From: Octopus vulgaris
Taxonomy: Eukaryota
NCBI GenBank assembly: GCA_951406725.2
Contig: OX597817.1
Span: forward strand, 144,026,001 to 144,090,000
Length of the DNA: 64,000 nt
Reading direction: 5' to 3'
This document shows positions 62,011 to 64,000 of the stretch, piece after piece. Position 1 is the stretch's first letter. Every line of letters starts with the position of its first letter. A program made the translations under genes and the position numbers. The notes under the pieces are model-generated. The model saw only the letters and a program-made list of their open reading frames with translations. It did no database searches and was not told where the DNA came from.

Positions 62011-64000
62011 GTGTGTGTATATGTTTGTGTGTCTGTGTTTGTTCCCCCAACATCGCTTGACAATCGATGCTGGTGTGTTTGTGTCCCCGTAACTTAGCGG
62101 TTCGGCAAAAGAGACCAATAGAATAAGTATTAGGCTTACAAAGAATAATATCGGTTGTCACATCATTTAACCAGCAATGGAAGAGATTTTACTCAATCGT
62201 TTTATCAACAGTGTTCAATATTCCACCTAACATATAAGATGGTGAACTGGCAGAATTGTTACAGTAGTAAGCAATATGCTTATTTTGGGTTAAGACAGGG
62301 AAAGCAAATCAGAGATTTGGTGTGTCAATCTAGCTTTTCTGTTCTGTAGAGTGTGTATATATGAAGAGCTTACTTTCAAAACCAGATATATGCATTGGAT
62401 TGACTTTTGAGTAATTGTTTAAAACAACAACCTGAATATATATAATTTTGATTGGAAGGCTAAGACTCACTTACTGTCTGTATGGCATTGCGTTTGTCTT
62501 TATGTTCTGTGTTCAAATTCTGCTGTGGTTGACTTTACTTTTCATCCATTCAGGGTCAATAAAATGAACATCAGTTGAGCATTGGGTTTGATGTAATTAA
62601 CTTACCCCTCCACCCCCCCAAATTGCTGGCCTTGTGCCTAAATTTGAAACCAGTATTTTACCTTATGTGAGAAACTTGTTTTATTTAATTTAATTTCAAG
62701 TTGGGAAGCTGGCAGAATTGTTAGCACACTGGGTGGAATGCTTAGCTGTATTTCATCTACCATTACATTCTGAGTTCAAATTCTGCTGAGGTCGACTTTG
62801 CTTTTCATCCTTTGAGGGTCAATTAAATAAATACCAGTTATATACTGGGGTTGATGTAATTGACTTAATCCCTTTGCCTGTCCTTGTTTTTTCACTCTTT
62901 ATTTAGCCCCTTGTGGGCAATAAAGAAATAAATTTAATTTCAAGGCAATAAATATTTTTCCTCTGAAAAGTACTTCCATTTCATCATATTCCGTATAAGC
63001 TCCAAGAAATCGGATAAAAGTTGTTTTTGTTTTTATGTTTTTGAAAAGCCAAACCAATGTGAGTTATAAGAAAGAAGCTAAGTCAATAGTTTGTTCTTTT
63101 GTCTTATATTTTGATATTTTGGGTTAAGACCCCCCCTCTTCAGGAAAAGTAAATCAGAGATTTAGTGTGTCAATCTAGCTTTTCTGTTCTGTAGAATGTG
63201 TATATATGAAGAGCTTTCTTTCAAAACCGGATATATGCATCGGAATGACTTTTGAGTAATTGTTTAAAACAACATCCTGAATATATCTGATTTTGATTGG
63301 AAGGCTAAGACTATATGGTATCTCGTCTAGTTTGACTGAAAAAAATTCCACATGCGTGAAACCAGCAGCTTGCAGATTGTGTTTTAATGGATATCATTAA
63401 ATTGACCAAATATGTACTTATGCCAGTTTTGAAAGCAAGGTCCTCATATACACATACTCAGAACGGAAAAGCTAACATCCTGAAGAAGGGATTTTAACCC
63501 TAAAATATCAAAATATTATAAGATAAAAGTGAAAACTGCTGACTTGTCTTATTTCTTATAACTTGTGTTGTTTTGGCTTTTCAAAAGTATAACATTTACT
63601 CTGTATCACACAGTTCTTCATCTCAACAACTCTAAATTATGCGTGGCTGTGTGGTAAAGTTTTCTTCCCAACCACATGGTTTGGGGTTCAGTCCCACTTT
63701 GTGGCATCTTGGGCAAGTGTCTTATACTATAGCCTCAGGCTGACCAAAGCCTTGTGAAAGGATTTGGCAGACAGAAATTGAAAGAAGCCCAGTGTGTGTG
63801 TGTCTGTCTGTGTTTGACCCTTACCACTGCTTGACAACCAGTGTTGGTGTGTTCACATCACTATAACTTAGCAGTTCAGCAAAAGACACTGACAGAATAA
63901 GTACCAGAGTCAATTTTTGGATTAAAATTCTTGGTGCTCCAGCATGGCCACAGTGAAATGTCTAAAACAAAAGACTGAAAGAATATACCCAAATTTCCTG

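Overview
AT-rich, repeat-dense animal genomic DNA, most likely a coleoid cephalopod (Octopus-like, inferred from the repeat families). The only supported host gene is a + strand spliced mitochondrial GDP-forming succinyl-CoA ligase beta subunit (SUCLG2). Eight coding exons with canonical GT-AG sites join in frame. Exon 1 is at 5460-5516, a 39-kb intron follows, exons 2-8 lie at 44518-57627, and the gene runs past the window end. The rest is mobile DNA: a decayed Penelope-like element (PLE; RT YRDD plus C-terminal GIY-YIG) with a hammerhead ribozyme in its 3' region, RTE and CR1/L2-like LINE remnants, several tRNA-derived SINE families, MITEs of Mutator, piggyBac, hAT and Tc1 type, a Helitron, Helentron-like elements and microsatellites. 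Most short ORFs in the track are repeat artefacts. The most interesting signal is a family of tRNA-headed, SINE-like elements carrying a minimal type-I hammerhead ribozyme and PLE-style inverted 5' junctions. This suggests a Pol III 'ribozyme-SINE/retrozyme' mobilised by Penelope-like elements, a decayed copy of which lies in the same window. Repeat boundaries were read by eye and are approximate unless a TSD is given.
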